A stretch of 64,000 nucleotides of DNA, from assembly GCA_963741955.1 (NCBI GenBank), contig CAVUKB010000004.1:576001-640000 (forward strand), written 5' to 3'. The notes under the pieces were generated by a model. The model searched no databases. It saw only the letters and a list, made by a program, of their open reading frames with translations, and was not told the origin of the DNA. Source of the stretch: an uncultured Acidobacteriota bacterium (lineage in GTDB: Bacteria > Acidobacteriota > Thermoanaerobaculia > Gp7-AA8). Position numbers and translations under genes: made by a program. Of this stretch, positions 34,828-48,764 are shown piece by piece; within the stretch, counting starts at the first letter, position 1; the number at the start of each line of letters is the position of its first letter.

Positions 34828-37800
34828 ATGAAGAGACTGAGGGAAAGGGGCACAGCGATCCGCTATGCGATCGCGGTTGGTGCCGTGGCGGTCGCTGCCG
34901 TGGTGACCTGGGCCTTGTCGCCGTCATTCAGTGTCGCTCTCTTCCCCTTCTTCTTTCTCGCCGTGGTGATCGGATCGACGTTCGGAGGCATCGGCCCCGG
35001 ACTCCTCTCGACTGCATTGAGTGCGGCGGCGCTCGAATTTCTCTTCATCGCCCCCGGGGGAGTCGGATGGAGCTCTCGAGAGAGCCTGATCCGGATCTCG
35101 GTATTTCTGGTAATTGCGCTGGTGGTCAACTGGATCTCTGAGGCGGCAGATCGAGCCCGAGGTCTGGCCGTGCTCCGTGGAAGGGAGCTCGAGATCACCC
35201 TCGCGAGCATCGGCGACGCCGTAATTGCGAGCGATTCCTCGGGGCGGATCACGTTCATCAACCGCGCTGCTGAACGGCTGACGGGATGGAGCGACGGAGA
35301 GATTCACGGCCGCGACTGCGACGCCGAGCTTCCGCTGATCAGCGAGGAGACGCGAGAGAAGCTCGAATCCCCGGTCGCTCGCGTCATCAGCGAAAGTGTG
35401 ACCACCGGTTTCGCCAACCGTACTCTTCTCATCGCGCGGGATGGAACGGAGATCCCGGTCGCAGGGAGCGCGGCTCCGATCGTCGATTCCGGAGGGCGGA
35501 TCCTGGGCGCGGTGCTCGTCATCTCGGATGCGCGCGAAGAGCGAAAGGCGCGAAGGCGGGAGAGAGTTCAGTCTGCCGTCTCGCGCCTCCTCGCCGAGTC
35601 CCGGCCTCTCGAGGAGAGCAGCGAAGAGCTGCTGCGCGTGATCTGTGAGGAGATCGGCTGGATCGCGGGTGAGTTCGGGGTGGAGGACCAGGGGACGATT
35701 CGGATCCTGGAATTCTCTTCGCGCAGCCCCGACCTCACTGCGGCGTTCGAGGACATCGCGCGAAAATGGCGATTCAAGCCCGGGGAAGGAGTGACGGGCC
35801 GGGTTCTGGAAACGCGGAGCGCGGTCTGGGTCCCGGACGTTCAGGCCGACTCCGGCTTTCCGCGGGCGCTCTCCGCGAACCAGGCGGGGATTCACGGCGG
35901 ATTCGGCGTGCCGATCCTCTTCGACGACCGGATTCTGGGATCGCTCTCTTTCTACTCTGATCGACTCGAGGAGAGAGACGATCAGCTCCTCGCAGTGATG
36001 CAGTCGCTGGGAGCACAGATCGGACAGTTCATACAGCGACGGCGAGCCGAGGCTGCGCTGCGAGACAGCGAAGAGCTTCACCGGCTGATTACCGGCGCCG
36101 CGTCGGACGCGATCCTGACCATCGATCAATCGGGTTGCATCGTCTTCGCGAATCCTGCCGCAGGATCGCTCTTCGGATACGCGCCTGATGAGCTGGTGGG
36201 AAGGGACCTGAACGTCCTCGTTCCCGAGGAGTACCGGAGCCGCGACACGACGGGGCTGCAGCGTTACATCGAGACCGGTGAGAAGCGGATGTCATGGGAA
36301 CGGATCCGGTTCCCGGGACTCCGTCGCGACGGAACACGGATGGAGATGGAAATCTCTCTCGGCGAGCTCGATCGCGGAGGAATGCGGTTCTTCACGGCGG
36401 TCGCGCGCGACGTCACCGAGCGGGAGCGGTTCATCGCGGAGCGGGAACGGTTGACGCGGCAGTTCGAGCTCCTGATGGATTCGACCAGCGAGGGGATCTA
36501 CGGGACGGATCTGGATGGTCGCTGCACGTTCATCAACTCTGCGGGGGCGAGAATGCTCGGATACCCGCCGGAGGAGCTGATCGGCCGGAACATGCACGAG
36601 CTGGTGCACCACACCCGCAAGGACGGTCGGGCCTATCCCGAGTCAGAGTGTCCGCTCACCCGCGCACTCAGCTCGCGCGAGCCTGACCGCGCGGATCACG
36701 AAGTCCTCTGGAAGAAGGACGGCACCTGGTTCTATGTCCAGTACACGGCGAACCCGATCGTCGAGAACGATCGACTCCGCGGAGCCGTAGTCACGTTTCT
36801 GGACAACACCGAGCAGAGGCTGTACGAGCAGGAGCTCAGGAATCGTGAGACCCAGCAGAGCGTGATCGCACATCTGGGGACCCGAGCGGTGACGGGGATC
36901 GACGTCGACACGCTGATGCAGGAATCGGTGAAGAAGATCGCAGAGACCTTCGACGTCGGATTTGCGAAGATCCTCGAGCTTCTCGCCGACGGCAGGTTCC
37001 TGGTGAAGGCGGGAGTGGGATGGAAGCCCGGGCTGGTGGGGAATCTCGTCGTGCCGGCCGGCGAGCGATCCCAGGCGGGTTACGCGGTACTGACGAAGGC
37101 GCCGGTGATCGTGGAGAACCTCGAGGACGAAAAGCGGTTCGAGGATCCGACCATGCTCGAGGAGCACGGCGTGGTCAGTGGTCTGAGCGTCGTGATCGAA
37201 GGAGAGGAAGGTCCGTACGGAGTCCTGAGCGTCCACTCGCGGGAGCCGCGCAGGTTCAGCGAAGACGACATCAGCTTTCTGCAATCCGTGGCGAACATCG
37301 TCGGGGAAGCGACGGAACGGAAACGTCGCGAGCTTCTGGTGATCGAACAGAGACGATGGCTGGAGGCGACTCTTTCGGGCATCGGGGACGCGGTGGTCGC
37401 GACCGACGCAGCAGGAGTGATCGTCTTCATCAATCCGATCGCCGAGCGGCTCTCCGGCTGGTCGAGGCTCTACGCTGTCGGACAGCGCCTGCGGCGGGTG
37501 TTCGATGTCCGGGAGGAATCGGACGGAAAAGCGGTCGGCGATCTGATCGAAATGGTGAAGCAGAAGGGAGAGCCTTTTCGATATCGGGGCGATCTCGTCC
37601 TTCGGTCAGTCGACGGTCAGGCCACGCCGGTCGACGTGAGCGGATCACCACTGCGCGATCCGACCGGGACAATCGTCGGAATCGTGATGGTGTTCCGCGA
37701 CATTGCCGAGCGGCGACGGAACGAACGGGAGAAGACCGCCTTGACTCTGCAGATCGAAGCCGAGCGCGAACGGCTGGTCAACATCGTCGCCAACGTGCCG

Positions 37801-39891
37801 GGAGTGGTCTGGGAGGCGTGGGGCGCACCGGATCGTGCCACACAGAAGATCAACTTCGTGAGCAACTACGTGGAGTCGATGCTCGGTTACTCGGTCGACG
37901 AATGGCTCTCCACCGAGAATTTCTGGTTGAAGATCGTCCATCCCGAGGATCGGGAACGTGCGGCGGCGGAAGCGGCAGCCAAATTCCGCAGCGGCCGGGG
38001 CGGGACCAGCGAGTTTCGCTGGATGACGAAAGACGGCCGGGCCATCTGGGTGGAAGCGACTTCGGTCCCCATCCCGGACGAAAAGGGGAATTCGATCGGA
38101 CTGCGGGGCGTCACTCTCGACGTCACCGCCAGAAAGGAAGCAGAGCAGGAACGTCTGCGGCTGCTGGAAAACGAACGGAAGGCGCGGGAACAGGCCGAAG
38201 TCGAACGGGCACGTTCCGCATTTCTGGCCGAAGTCAGTACGGAGCTTGCGGGATCTCTCGATTACCGGGTGACGCTCGGTAAGACTGCGCGGCTCACGGT
38301 TCCCCGGATCGCCGACTGGTGCGCGATCGACGTGCTGGATGACGATGGTCTTCCCCAGAGGCTCGCGCTCGAGCATACCGATCCGGAGAAACTCGCTCTG
38401 GTTCGTGAGATCGAGCAGCGCTACCCGCCGGCTCCCGGCGCGGAAACGGGCGTACCCGGCGTGCTTCGCTCCGGGAGATCGGAGGTCTATCCGGCGATCG
38501 ATGACGCGATGCTGAAAGAGGCGGCGCGTGATGAAAAACACCTGGAGCTCCTTCGCGCACTGGGATTCCGCTCTGCCATGATCGTTCCCCTGATCGCTCG
38601 CGACCGGACCCTCGGCGCGATCACGCTCGTGACGGCCGAGTCCGACCGTCATTACGGACGCGACGATCTCTCATTGGCGGAGGAGATGGCCCGCCGGGCC
38701 GCGCTCGCCGTCGACAATGCGCGCCTCTATGCGGTCACGCAGCAGGCGAACCGGGCGAAGGACGAGTTCCTCGCCACTCTCTCCCACGAGTTGCGGACAC
38801 CGATGACCTCCATTCTCGGTTGGGCGAGGATGATGAACATGGGAGAGCTCGACGAGGAGACGCAGATGCTTGCGCTGGAGACGATCGAGAGAAGTGCATC
38901 GGCGCAGGCCCAGATGATCGAGGATCTTCTCGACGTATCCCGGATCGTGCGTGGCCGGCTTCACCTCGAAATGAAACCGGTCCGGCTGGATAGAGTGATC
39001 GCGTCGGCAATCGAGACAGTGAAGCCGGCTGCGGAGGCCAAGGATGTGACCCTGAGGACGGAGCTCGATGAGGAGGCGGGAGATGTGATCGGTGATGACG
39101 GCCGGCTGCATCAGGTGATCTGGAACCTCCTCTCCAACGCGATCAAATTCGCCCCGAAGGGAGGATGGATCGAAACGCGGCTCGAGCGGGTGGAGTCGGT
39201 TGCCCGCGTCTCGGTCTCCGACAATGGTGTCGGGATCCCGCAGCAGTTCCTTCCGTACGTATTTGAGCGCTTCCGCCAGGCGGAAAGCTCGACCACGCGG
39301 AGCTATGGCGGGCTCGGGCTCGGGTTGGCGATCGTACGGCATCTGGTGGAACTGCACGGCGGGACCGTCTCGGCCTCGAGTGAGGGCGAAGGGAAAGGCG
39401 CGACATTCACCATCGAGCTGCCGATCATGGCCGTTCAGTTGGCAGAGGCGCTCGCGGGCGGTGAGGGGACGGCGGAGCATGAGCCGGAGAGCGAACCGGG
39501 AGTCGAGATGCCGGAGCTCGATTCGATGCGGGTCCTGGTGGTCGATGATGAGCCGGACGCGCGGAAGCTCATCTCGACCGTCCTCGAGCGGGGAGGAGCG
39601 GATGTGCGGAGCGCACCGTCGGCCGCCGAAGGGCTGGAGGCGTTCCGTCGATGGCGGCCCGATGTGCTGGTCAGTGACATCGCGATGCCGGGGGAGGACG
39701 GTTTCGCGCTGCTGAAGGGGATCCGCGAGAACGGAGGAGAGACCATTCCGGCGATCGCCCTGACGGCGTACGGACGCCCCGACGATGAACGCCGTATCCT
39801 CGAGGCGGGTTTCGACACGTACCTGCGGAAGCCGGTCGAGCCGACGAGACTCGCCTGGGCCGTCGCGAGGTTCCGGAAAGCGGTCAGGTGA
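34828..39891 (+). CDS. Hybrid sensor histidine kinase (N-terminal TM domain, multiple PAS and GAF, HisKA, HATPase, receiver)
   Basis: Repeated SIGDAVI/NPAA PAS motifs, three GAF-like segments, LSHELRTPM, NLLSNAIKF, GLGLGL, VVDDE..SDIAMP..KP. Confidence 0.94.
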   Translation: MKRLRERGTAIRYAIAVGAVAVAAVVTWALSPSFSVALFPFFFLAVVIGSTFGGIGPGLLSTALSAAALEFLFIAPGGVGWSSRESLIRISVFLVIALVVNWISEAADRARGLAVLRGRELEITLASIGDAVIASDSSGRITFINRAAERLTGWSDGEIHGRDCDAELPLISEETREKLESPVARVISESVTTGFANRTLLIARDGTEIPVAGSAAPIVDSGGRILGAVLVISDAREERKARRRERVQSAVSRLLAESRPLEESSEELLRVICEEIGWIAGEFGVEDQGTIRILEFSSRSPDLTAAFEDIARKWRFKPGEGVTGRVLETRSAVWVPDVQADSGFPRALSANQAGIHGGFGVPILFDDRILGSLSFYSDRLEERDDQLLAVMQSLGAQIGQFIQRRRAEAALRDSEELHRLITGAASDAILTIDQSGCIVFANPAAGSLFGYAPDELVGRDLNVLVPEEYRSRDTTGLQRYIETGEKRMSWERIRFPGLRRDGTRMEMEISLGELDRGGMRFFTAVARDVTERERFIAERERLTRQFELLMDSTSEGIYGTDLDGRCTFINSAGARMLGYPPEELIGRNMHELVHHTRKDGRAYPESECPLTRALSSREPDRADHEVLWKKDGTWFYVQYTANPIVENDRLRGAVVTFLDNTEQRLYEQELRNRETQQSVIAHLGTRAVTGIDVDTLMQESVKKIAETFDVGFAKILELLADGRFLVKAGVGWKPGLVGNLVVPAGERSQAGYAVLTKAPVIVENLEDEKRFEDPTMLEEHGVVSGLSVVIEGEEGPYGVLSVHSREPRRFSEDDISFLQSVANIVGEATERKRRELLVIEQRRWLEATLSGIGDAVVATDAAGVIVFINPIAERLSGWSRLYAVGQRLRRVFDVREESDGKAVGDLIEMVKQKGEPFRYRGDLVLRSVDGQATPVDVSGSPLRDPTGTIVGIVMVFRDIAERRRNEREKTALTLQIEAERERLVNIVANVPGVVWEAWGAPDRATQKINFVSNYVESMLGYSVDEWLSTENFWLKIVHPEDRERAAAEAAAKFRSGRGGTSEFRWMTKDGRAIWVEATSVPIPDEKGNSIGLRGVTLDVTARKEAEQERLRLLENERKAREQAEVERARSAFLAEVSTELAGSLDYRVTLGKTARLTVPRIADWCAIDVLDDDGLPQRLALEHTDPEKLALVREIEQRYPPAPGAETGVPGVLRSGRSEVYPAIDDAMLKEAARDEKHLELLRALGFRSAMIVPLIARDRTLGAITLVTAESDRHYGRDDLSLAEEMARRAALAVDNARLYAVTQQANRAKDEFLATLSHELRTPMTSILGWARMMNMGELDEETQMLALETIERSASAQAQMIEDLLDVSRIVRGRLHLEMKPVRLDRVIASAIETVKPAAEAKDVTLRTELDEEAGDVIGDDGRLHQVIWNLLSNAIKFAPKGGWIETRLERVESVARVSVSDNGVGIPQQFLPYVFERFRQAESSTTRSYGGLGLGLAIVRHLVELHGGTVSASSEGEGKGATFTIELPIMAVQLAEALAGGEGTAEHEPESEPGVEMPELDSMRVLVVDDEPDARKLISTVLERGGADVRSAPSAAEGLEAFRRWRPDVLVSDIAMPGEDGFALLKGIRENGGETIPAIALTAYGRPDDERRILEAGFDTYLRKPVEPTRLAWAVARFRKAVR

Positions 39892-39914
39892 GGGCGCTGG
39901 CCCCGCCGCCGCCA

Positions 39915-40051
39915 GGAGTGGGGTCAGGCCGGTTTTCCAGGAGTGGGGTCAGGCCGGTTTTCGGTTCTGGGTCCGGGAGTGGGGTCGGTCCGGGAGTGGG
40001 GTCAGGCCGGTTTTCGGTTCTGGGTCGGTCCGGGAGTGGGGTCAGGCCGGT
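39915..40051 (+). repeat. Cluster 1 of direct GGAGTGGGGTCAGGCCGG repeats
   Basis: Four full copies (~39915, 39940, 39993, 40033) plus partial copies ending in GGTC. Confidence 0.9.
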
Positions 40052-40293
40052 CTTCCGAATCCCGCTTTTCGCGATCCACCTTCGACCGCCGGAGTCGCCC
40101 ATCCTCCTCCTCGAGCGGTGGCGGTTCGACTTCGCGGACTCCGCAGTGAGGAGAGTATTTCTGGCCCCTTCCCCTCTCGAAAGATGTTGCCCCACGACCT
40201 GCCGGAAGCCTCTCCGGGGATGCTAGAATCGCCTCCAAGCTCCGGTTGTTGAACCCAGAGACGCGTCTCGCCTCGACTGGATCCCGAAAAGCC

Positions 40294-44076
<3,783 letters not shown>

Positions 44077-44097
44077 GCCGCGCACCTCGCTTTGACC

Positions 44098-44300
44098 GGG
44101 GTCAGGCCCGTTTTCCGCGCTTCGCGTGTGGGGTCAGGCCCGTTTTCGCCTCCAGGACCATGACTCCGCCTCGATTGTTTCCGGCTCGATGTTGTTGCCG
44201 TGTTGGGTCAGTTGCTGGGTGGGGGTCAGGCCCGTCTTTCGCGTTGAGTTGCTGGGTGGGGGTCAGGCCCGTCTTTCGCGTTGGAGCGGGGTCAGGCCCG
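44098..44300 (+). repeat. Cluster 2 of direct GGGGTCAGGCCCG repeats
   Basis: Five copies at 44098, 44130, 44222, 44259 and 44288, upstream of the RAYT-like gene. Confidence 0.92.
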
Positions 44301-44612
44301 CCTTCCACGGTAGAAGGGGCCCGGGGCGATCTTTCTGCTTCGAGGGCTTTCTGCAGCGTGTCCGGGGTGCGTCTGGTCGAATTCGGGGCTCGGCGTCGAG
44401 TACGTCAGTGTTCGCTGGAAGTCACCTCTCTGTTCTCCCCGAGATCGCCGGAGCAGAGCCTGTCCGGACCGCCCGCAGGCCTCGAGACCCTTGTTGGGAG
44501 GTTTCGTACACTCACGGAGATGAGAGAGAAGTACCGGAGGCGCGGTTCCGATCGAGGCCCCGTACGCATCCGAGGGATCCCTCGGATCCGTGACGGGTCG
44601 ATGCTCCAGCCA

Positions 44613-44654
44613 GGATCGCGCTCCGCAGCAGAAGTCACGTGAATCGTCCGGGCT
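44613..44654 (+). mobile_element. Solo right end of the 61861-62032 MITE-like element
   Basis: GGATCGCGCTCCGCAGCAGAAGTCACGTGAATCGTCCGGGCT matches 61991-62032 at 38 of 42 positions. Confidence 0.75.
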
Positions 44655-44710
44655 CAGGAGCGTCGCAAAAACGCTTTTCTCAACGCGGACTCCGAGGTAC
44701 GCTCGTATTC

Positions 44711-45766
44711 ATGAGTAGACCTTTGAGGCTCGATTTCGAGCATGCGGTTCATCACGTTACCAACAGAGGAAATGACCAGAGAGATATCTTTCGGGATGAC
44801 GGAGATCGGATCAGGTTTCTGGATCTCTTCGCGGAGACGGTCATACGGTACAAGTGGATCGTCTATTCGTGGACGTTGATGGACAACCATTTCCATCTCG
44901 TCGTCGAGACGGTCGAACCGACCCTGTCACGTGGAATGCACTGGCTGTTGACGGAGTATGTGAAGTACTTCAACAGGAAGTACAAACGGCACGGCCACCT
45001 GTTTCAGGGACGCTTTCATAGTGTACTGGTCGATTCTGAAGCATACCTGAAGAACCTCACTCGGTACGTGGCGACGAACGCCGTGCGTGCAGGACTCGCG
45101 AGAAGTATCGAGCAGTGGGAATGGAGCAGTTTCTTCAGCACGGCGGGCATGCCTACGCGAGCGCCGGCTGTTCTGTCCAACGGAACGGCGAAGATTCTGG
45201 CCCAGTTTCACGCCACCGATATGGACGAAGCGCGGAGGCTCTACCTCGAATTCATGCGGGTTGCGGTCGATCAGATCGAAGACCCCTGGAAGAACCTGCG
45301 AAACCGCATTTACCTCGGAGACGAGGAATGGATCGAGCAGATCCAGAGAAAGATCGACGAGAAGCCTCGCAGTAGCGATCACGCCAAGGCGGAGCGTCAT
45401 CTGTTCCGGCCGACGATGAAGCAGGTGGTGGAAGCAGTCGCGCAGACGTTCCGAACGGGTCCGGACGCGGTTCGAAGAGGCCATGGTGGTCGCGCGAGGA
45501 TGCTCGTGGCTCATCTCGCTGTCTATGAAGGGGTGCACCTGAGAAGGACGATCGCCACGACTCTCCGACTGAAGAGTGCCTCGAGAGTATCAGCTTTACT
45601 TCGCGAATGTAGAGAGGCGATTCGGAGCGACGACGAGTTCCGCGCGGTCGTGAAGCAGGCGAGGGAGTTGCTGGATCACCGTCCACCCGCGGGTGCGTAC
45701 CAACTTCAGCGGCCAGTCAGGGATTTGACGAGAGAATCGACGGACTCCGCCTTCACTCGAACGTGA
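44711..45766 (+). CDS. REP-associated tyrosine transposase-like HUH (Y1) nuclease with C-terminal helical extension
   Basis: MSRPLR, HHVTNRGN, LMDNHFHLVV (HUH), GHLFQGRF, RYVATNAVRAG (catalytic Tyr), WEWSS; visibly more A/T-rich than its neighbours. Confidence 0.9.
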   Translation: MSRPLRLDFEHAVHHVTNRGNDQRDIFRDDGDRIRFLDLFAETVIRYKWIVYSWTLMDNHFHLVVETVEPTLSRGMHWLLTEYVKYFNRKYKRHGHLFQGRFHSVLVDSEAYLKNLTRYVATNAVRAGLARSIEQWEWSSFFSTAGMPTRAPAVLSNGTAKILAQFHATDMDEARRLYLEFMRVAVDQIEDPWKNLRNRIYLGDEEWIEQIQRKIDEKPRSSDHAKAERHLFRPTMKQVVEAVAQTFRTGPDAVRRGHGGRARMLVAHLAVYEGVHLRRTIATTLRLKSASRVSALLRECREAIRSDDEFRAVVKQARELLDHRPPAGAYQLQRPVRDLTRESTDSAFTRT

Positions 45767-45993
45767 CTTCGTGCTCGGCTTCTTTTCCGGCGCAGGAAGG
45801 AGAAGTCGGTCTCTTGAAGTTAGGACTATCTCCTCATCGACGTTCATCCGAGACGAGAGATATCCGGATCGTCGATGGTTGCGTATGACGCGCTCTCAGG
45901 CGAAATCGACGGTCGGAATGTTGAGAGAACATGTCGACCTCCAAATCAGACTCACGAGGTGCGCTCTTCTCGAACATGGCCCGACGAAGAGGA

Positions 45994-46054
45994 GCCTGAC
46001 CCCCAAGCGGAGCGCGCAGGTGAAGCCTGCCGAACCGAATACGGGCCTGACCCC
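45994..46054 (-). repeat. Cluster 3: inverted GCCTGACCCC copies
   Basis: GCCTGACCCC at 45994 and CGGGCCTGACCCC at 46042. Confidence 0.8.
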
Positions 46055-46149
46055 GTTCAGACCGGTACGTTTCAGGCCTTGGTACGTTGGAGCAAAGTGG
46101 GCTGCCTCTCCGCCGACTGACGAAGAGGCAGCGATTCGGCAAGGGACTG

Positions 46150-46719
46150 TCAGGATCGCGACAAGGCGTTGTCGGGAACAAAGTAGAGATCGAGTGCGGT
46201 GTGGGTGGCCAGATCGCCCGTGCGGAAAGCAGCCCTGACACCTTGCCCAATGCGTAGGGGTGCGTTGGCTCCGACGAGGTAGCTCTTCACAATCGTGCAC
46301 AGGCCCGGAATGCGGACGTCGATCTGGTAATACGGAGTGGGGATCTCGAGGCCGGTGCCCCCACGTTCGACGAGGGTGTAGGTGTAGACATAACCGCGCG
46401 GCTCGGGAACCTCGTGCCAGACCATCGGCTGATGGCAGTCGGGGCAGTCGGCCCGCGGCGGCACCCAGAGCTCGCCGTCTCCCCTGCTGATCGGGCAGGC
46501 TGCGTTGATGCAGCGCGTCGCCATGAGCCGACCTTCAGTAAGACCTTTGAAATAGGGTGTGAGCATTCCGTACGTGTGGTAGTGCGTTCCCTCTTCAGCG
46601 AAACGTGGAACGTGGAGAACCCAGGTTCCCTTCACGAGATCGACCGATGAAGGGGCGATGAGGGGAACGCTCCGCGGCCTCGACGGGACCGATGAGTCAA
46701 CGACGTTTTTCTGGGACAT
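46150..46719 (-). CDS. DUF35-type Zn-ribbon/OB-fold acyl-CoA-binding protein
   Basis: CINAAC and PPRADCPDC Zn ligands, GYVYTYT; directly downstream of a thiolase-fold gene. Confidence 0.87.
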   Translation of the reverse strand: MSQKNVVDSSVPSRPRSVPLIAPSSVDLVKGTWVLHVPRFAEEGTHYHTYGMLTPYFKGLTEGRLMATRCINAACPISRGDGELWVPPRADCPDCHQPMVWHEVPEPRGYVYTYTLVERGGTGLEIPTPYYQIDVRIPGLCTIVKSYLVGANAPLRIGQGVRAAFRTGDLATHTALDLYFVPDNALSRS

Positions 46720-46728
46720 TATTCTCTC

Positions 46729-48129
46729 CTACCATGCCTTTTCGAGGACGGCGCAAGTGACGTGACTTCCCACCCCGGCGTGGGAAATTGCAAGTCCGCG
46801 CCGAGGATTCTGCACCTGAAGGTTCTTCCAGTCGGAAGGCTTCTGCTTCCCATATCTCGCCCACAGTTTCGGATCGCCGTGGAACTGCTCATACTTTTCC
46901 TGGATCTGCCATGCTGCTTCGGCGCACTGGAAGATGCCGGTGGCACCGACGGCGTGCATGGTGCCGAGCAGACCCCCGGAGAGATTCGCCGGACATTTGC
47001 CAGGCTGCCCGTTCTTGGGGTTCTCGAGATACGACTCGCCCGAGGTGACGAACTCCTGCTCGTGTCCATACTTGGTCAGGCCGACGTCTCCGTACGTCTG
47101 GAGGTCGGAGATTGTGAACGCGTCGTGTGTCTCGACGAGGTCGAGATCCTCGATTGGTACGTGAATCCCCGCCATCCGGTAAGCCATGTACGCCGCGAAT
47201 CGCGTTGCTCCGAAACTTTCGAAGCCCGGCCATCGCCCATCCTGGCTTTTCATTTCCTCGTAGAGATGGTCGTACTCATGTGCGCTCTCATTGGGGAGCA
47301 AGGGGATCTCCATTGGTCTGCGGTCACCGGTCCGGAGCGTGTGGGAGCCGGCGGCTATGTAAAGTCGGACCGGCCGATCGGTGAGCTCGTAGGCCACCTT
47401 CTCGGAACAGAGCAGTGCGGCACTGGAACCGACGCTCATGGCGCAGCATTCGAGAAACCGGAGCGGGTCCGAGACGATCTCGCCCGACAGCACTTCTTCG
47501 ATGGTGTGGTGCCCCGGCTGCTGTGCGTACGGAGACGAGCAGGCGTTGCCGCGATTCCGGACCGCGATCTCGGCGCGTACGCGTTCATCCACGCCGTACA
47601 TCTCCTGAAAGCGTCGCGCCATCGGCGCGTAGTAGCTCGCGTAGTTGCGGGCAAGCCTGGTCTCGAAATCCTTACAGGCTGCAGACGCGATGTAGTAGTT
47701 GCCGGTCCAGGTCTTCACCTCGTCCATCCGCTCCCATCCGAGTACGAGGGTGCAATCACTCATTCCGCTGGCGATCGTCGTTGCACCCATGAGCATGGCG
47801 GAGCCGCCCGTCGCGCCTCCTGTCTTGACCCCGACGTTCGGGAGAGGGTCGAGGCCCAGGTAGTCGTGGACCTTCGCCTCGCAGAGGAGCTGGTCCTGGA
47901 AGTGATCTGCGAACTCCCCATACACGGCGAAATTGAGCATTTCCTTGACGGCAAGGGGCTCCTTTTTCAGATCGTTCTCTTCGAGAAGCATACGGAACGC
48001 CATCATGGAAAGCTCTTCGAGTCTCTTCTCGGGATACCGTTTTCGGAAATCACTCGTACCTGCGGCGACGAGGTACACCGCGCGGGTCCACTTCGGAACC
48101 CTGAGATTTCCCTGTCCGAACTTGATCAT
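46729..48129 (-). CDS. SCP2/archaeal-type thiolase-domain protein
   Basis: KTGGATGG at the usual nucleophile loop, VETHDAF, NLSGGLLGTMHAVGATG; AGGAGG RBS before ATG 48129. Confidence 0.85.
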   Translation of the reverse strand: MIKFGQGNLRVPKWTRAVYLVAAGTSDFRKRYPEKRLEELSMMAFRMLLEENDLKKEPLAVKEMLNFAVYGEFADHFQDQLLCEAKVHDYLGLDPLPNVGVKTGGATGGSAMLMGATTIASGMSDCTLVLGWERMDEVKTWTGNYYIASAACKDFETRLARNYASYYAPMARRFQEMYGVDERVRAEIAVRNRGNACSSPYAQQPGHHTIEEVLSGEIVSDPLRFLECCAMSVGSSAALLCSEKVAYELTDRPVRLYIAAGSHTLRTGDRRPMEIPLLPNESAHEYDHLYEEMKSQDGRWPGFESFGATRFAAYMAYRMAGIHVPIEDLDLVETHDAFTISDLQTYGDVGLTKYGHEQEFVTSGESYLENPKNGQPGKCPANLSGGLLGTMHAVGATGIFQCAEAAWQIQEKYEQFHGDPKLWARYGKQKPSDWKNLQVQNPRRGLAISHAGVGSHVTCAVLEKAW

Positions 48130-48388
48130 CTTTCTCCTCCTGAGGTGACGAGACCTGGTGCGCCGGTGGCGGTTGCGTCGCCGGACGTGCGGCGAGTGAA
48201 TTCCGCCTGCGGCGTGATGCGAAGCTCTGAGCTCATGGAGAGGAGGGCTTCCGCCGCGACGATCGCGGAAGGAGCGGGAGATCTCCGAAAAAACGTGACC
48301 GTGTTGACTGAAAAGTAAGTCCGCGGAGGAGGCAGGCGCCAGTCCTAGTGGAATTTCGGGTGTCGAGCTGGACCTGCAGCACGGAAAA

Positions 48389-48717
48389 CGGGCCTGACCC
48401 CGCGTTGGTCGACCCCGCGTTGGTCGCCGAGTCGATCTGGAGTTGGGGGAATAGACGAACCTGGATTTGCCGAAGAAAGCGCGAATGTACGGAAAACGGG
48501 CCTGACCCCGAGTTTCCCCGAGTTTCCGGCTGACCCCAATTCTCCGGCTCGACGGAACAGAGAGCGGGCCTGACCCCGACGGGAAACCGAAATCCGGCCT
48601 GACCCCCGGCCACGGGTAGACGGAACAGAGAGCGGGCCTGACCCCGGCGGGAAACCGAAATCCGGCCTGACCCCCGGCCACGGGTAGACCCCCGGCCAGG
48701 GGTACCGGCCGACCCCC
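48389..48717 (-). repeat. Cluster 4: inverted GGCCTGACCCC repeats including a 68-bp tandem duplication
   Basis: Copies at ~48389, 48497, 48528, 48565, 48595, 48633 and 48663; 48551-48618 is repeated at 48619-48686. Confidence 0.92.
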
Positions 48718-48764
48718 GGCGCGAGGCCGCCGCCACCGTCCCGCACGTGTAGAATGGCGCGCTC

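Noticed and set aside
44098-44300. Mini-CRISPR of GGGGTCAGGCCCG repeats
   Set aside because: The repeat is only 13 bp, spacer lengths are irregular (16-79 bp) and spacers are partly duplicated.
48305-48321. TGACT-N4-AGTAA operator-like site upstream of the thiolase
   Set aside because: Short, imperfect and single; it cannot be distinguished from chance.
48130-48681. 184-aa N-terminal extension of the thiolase ORF
   Set aside because: It runs through repeat cluster 4; an AGGAGG RBS supports ATG 48129.
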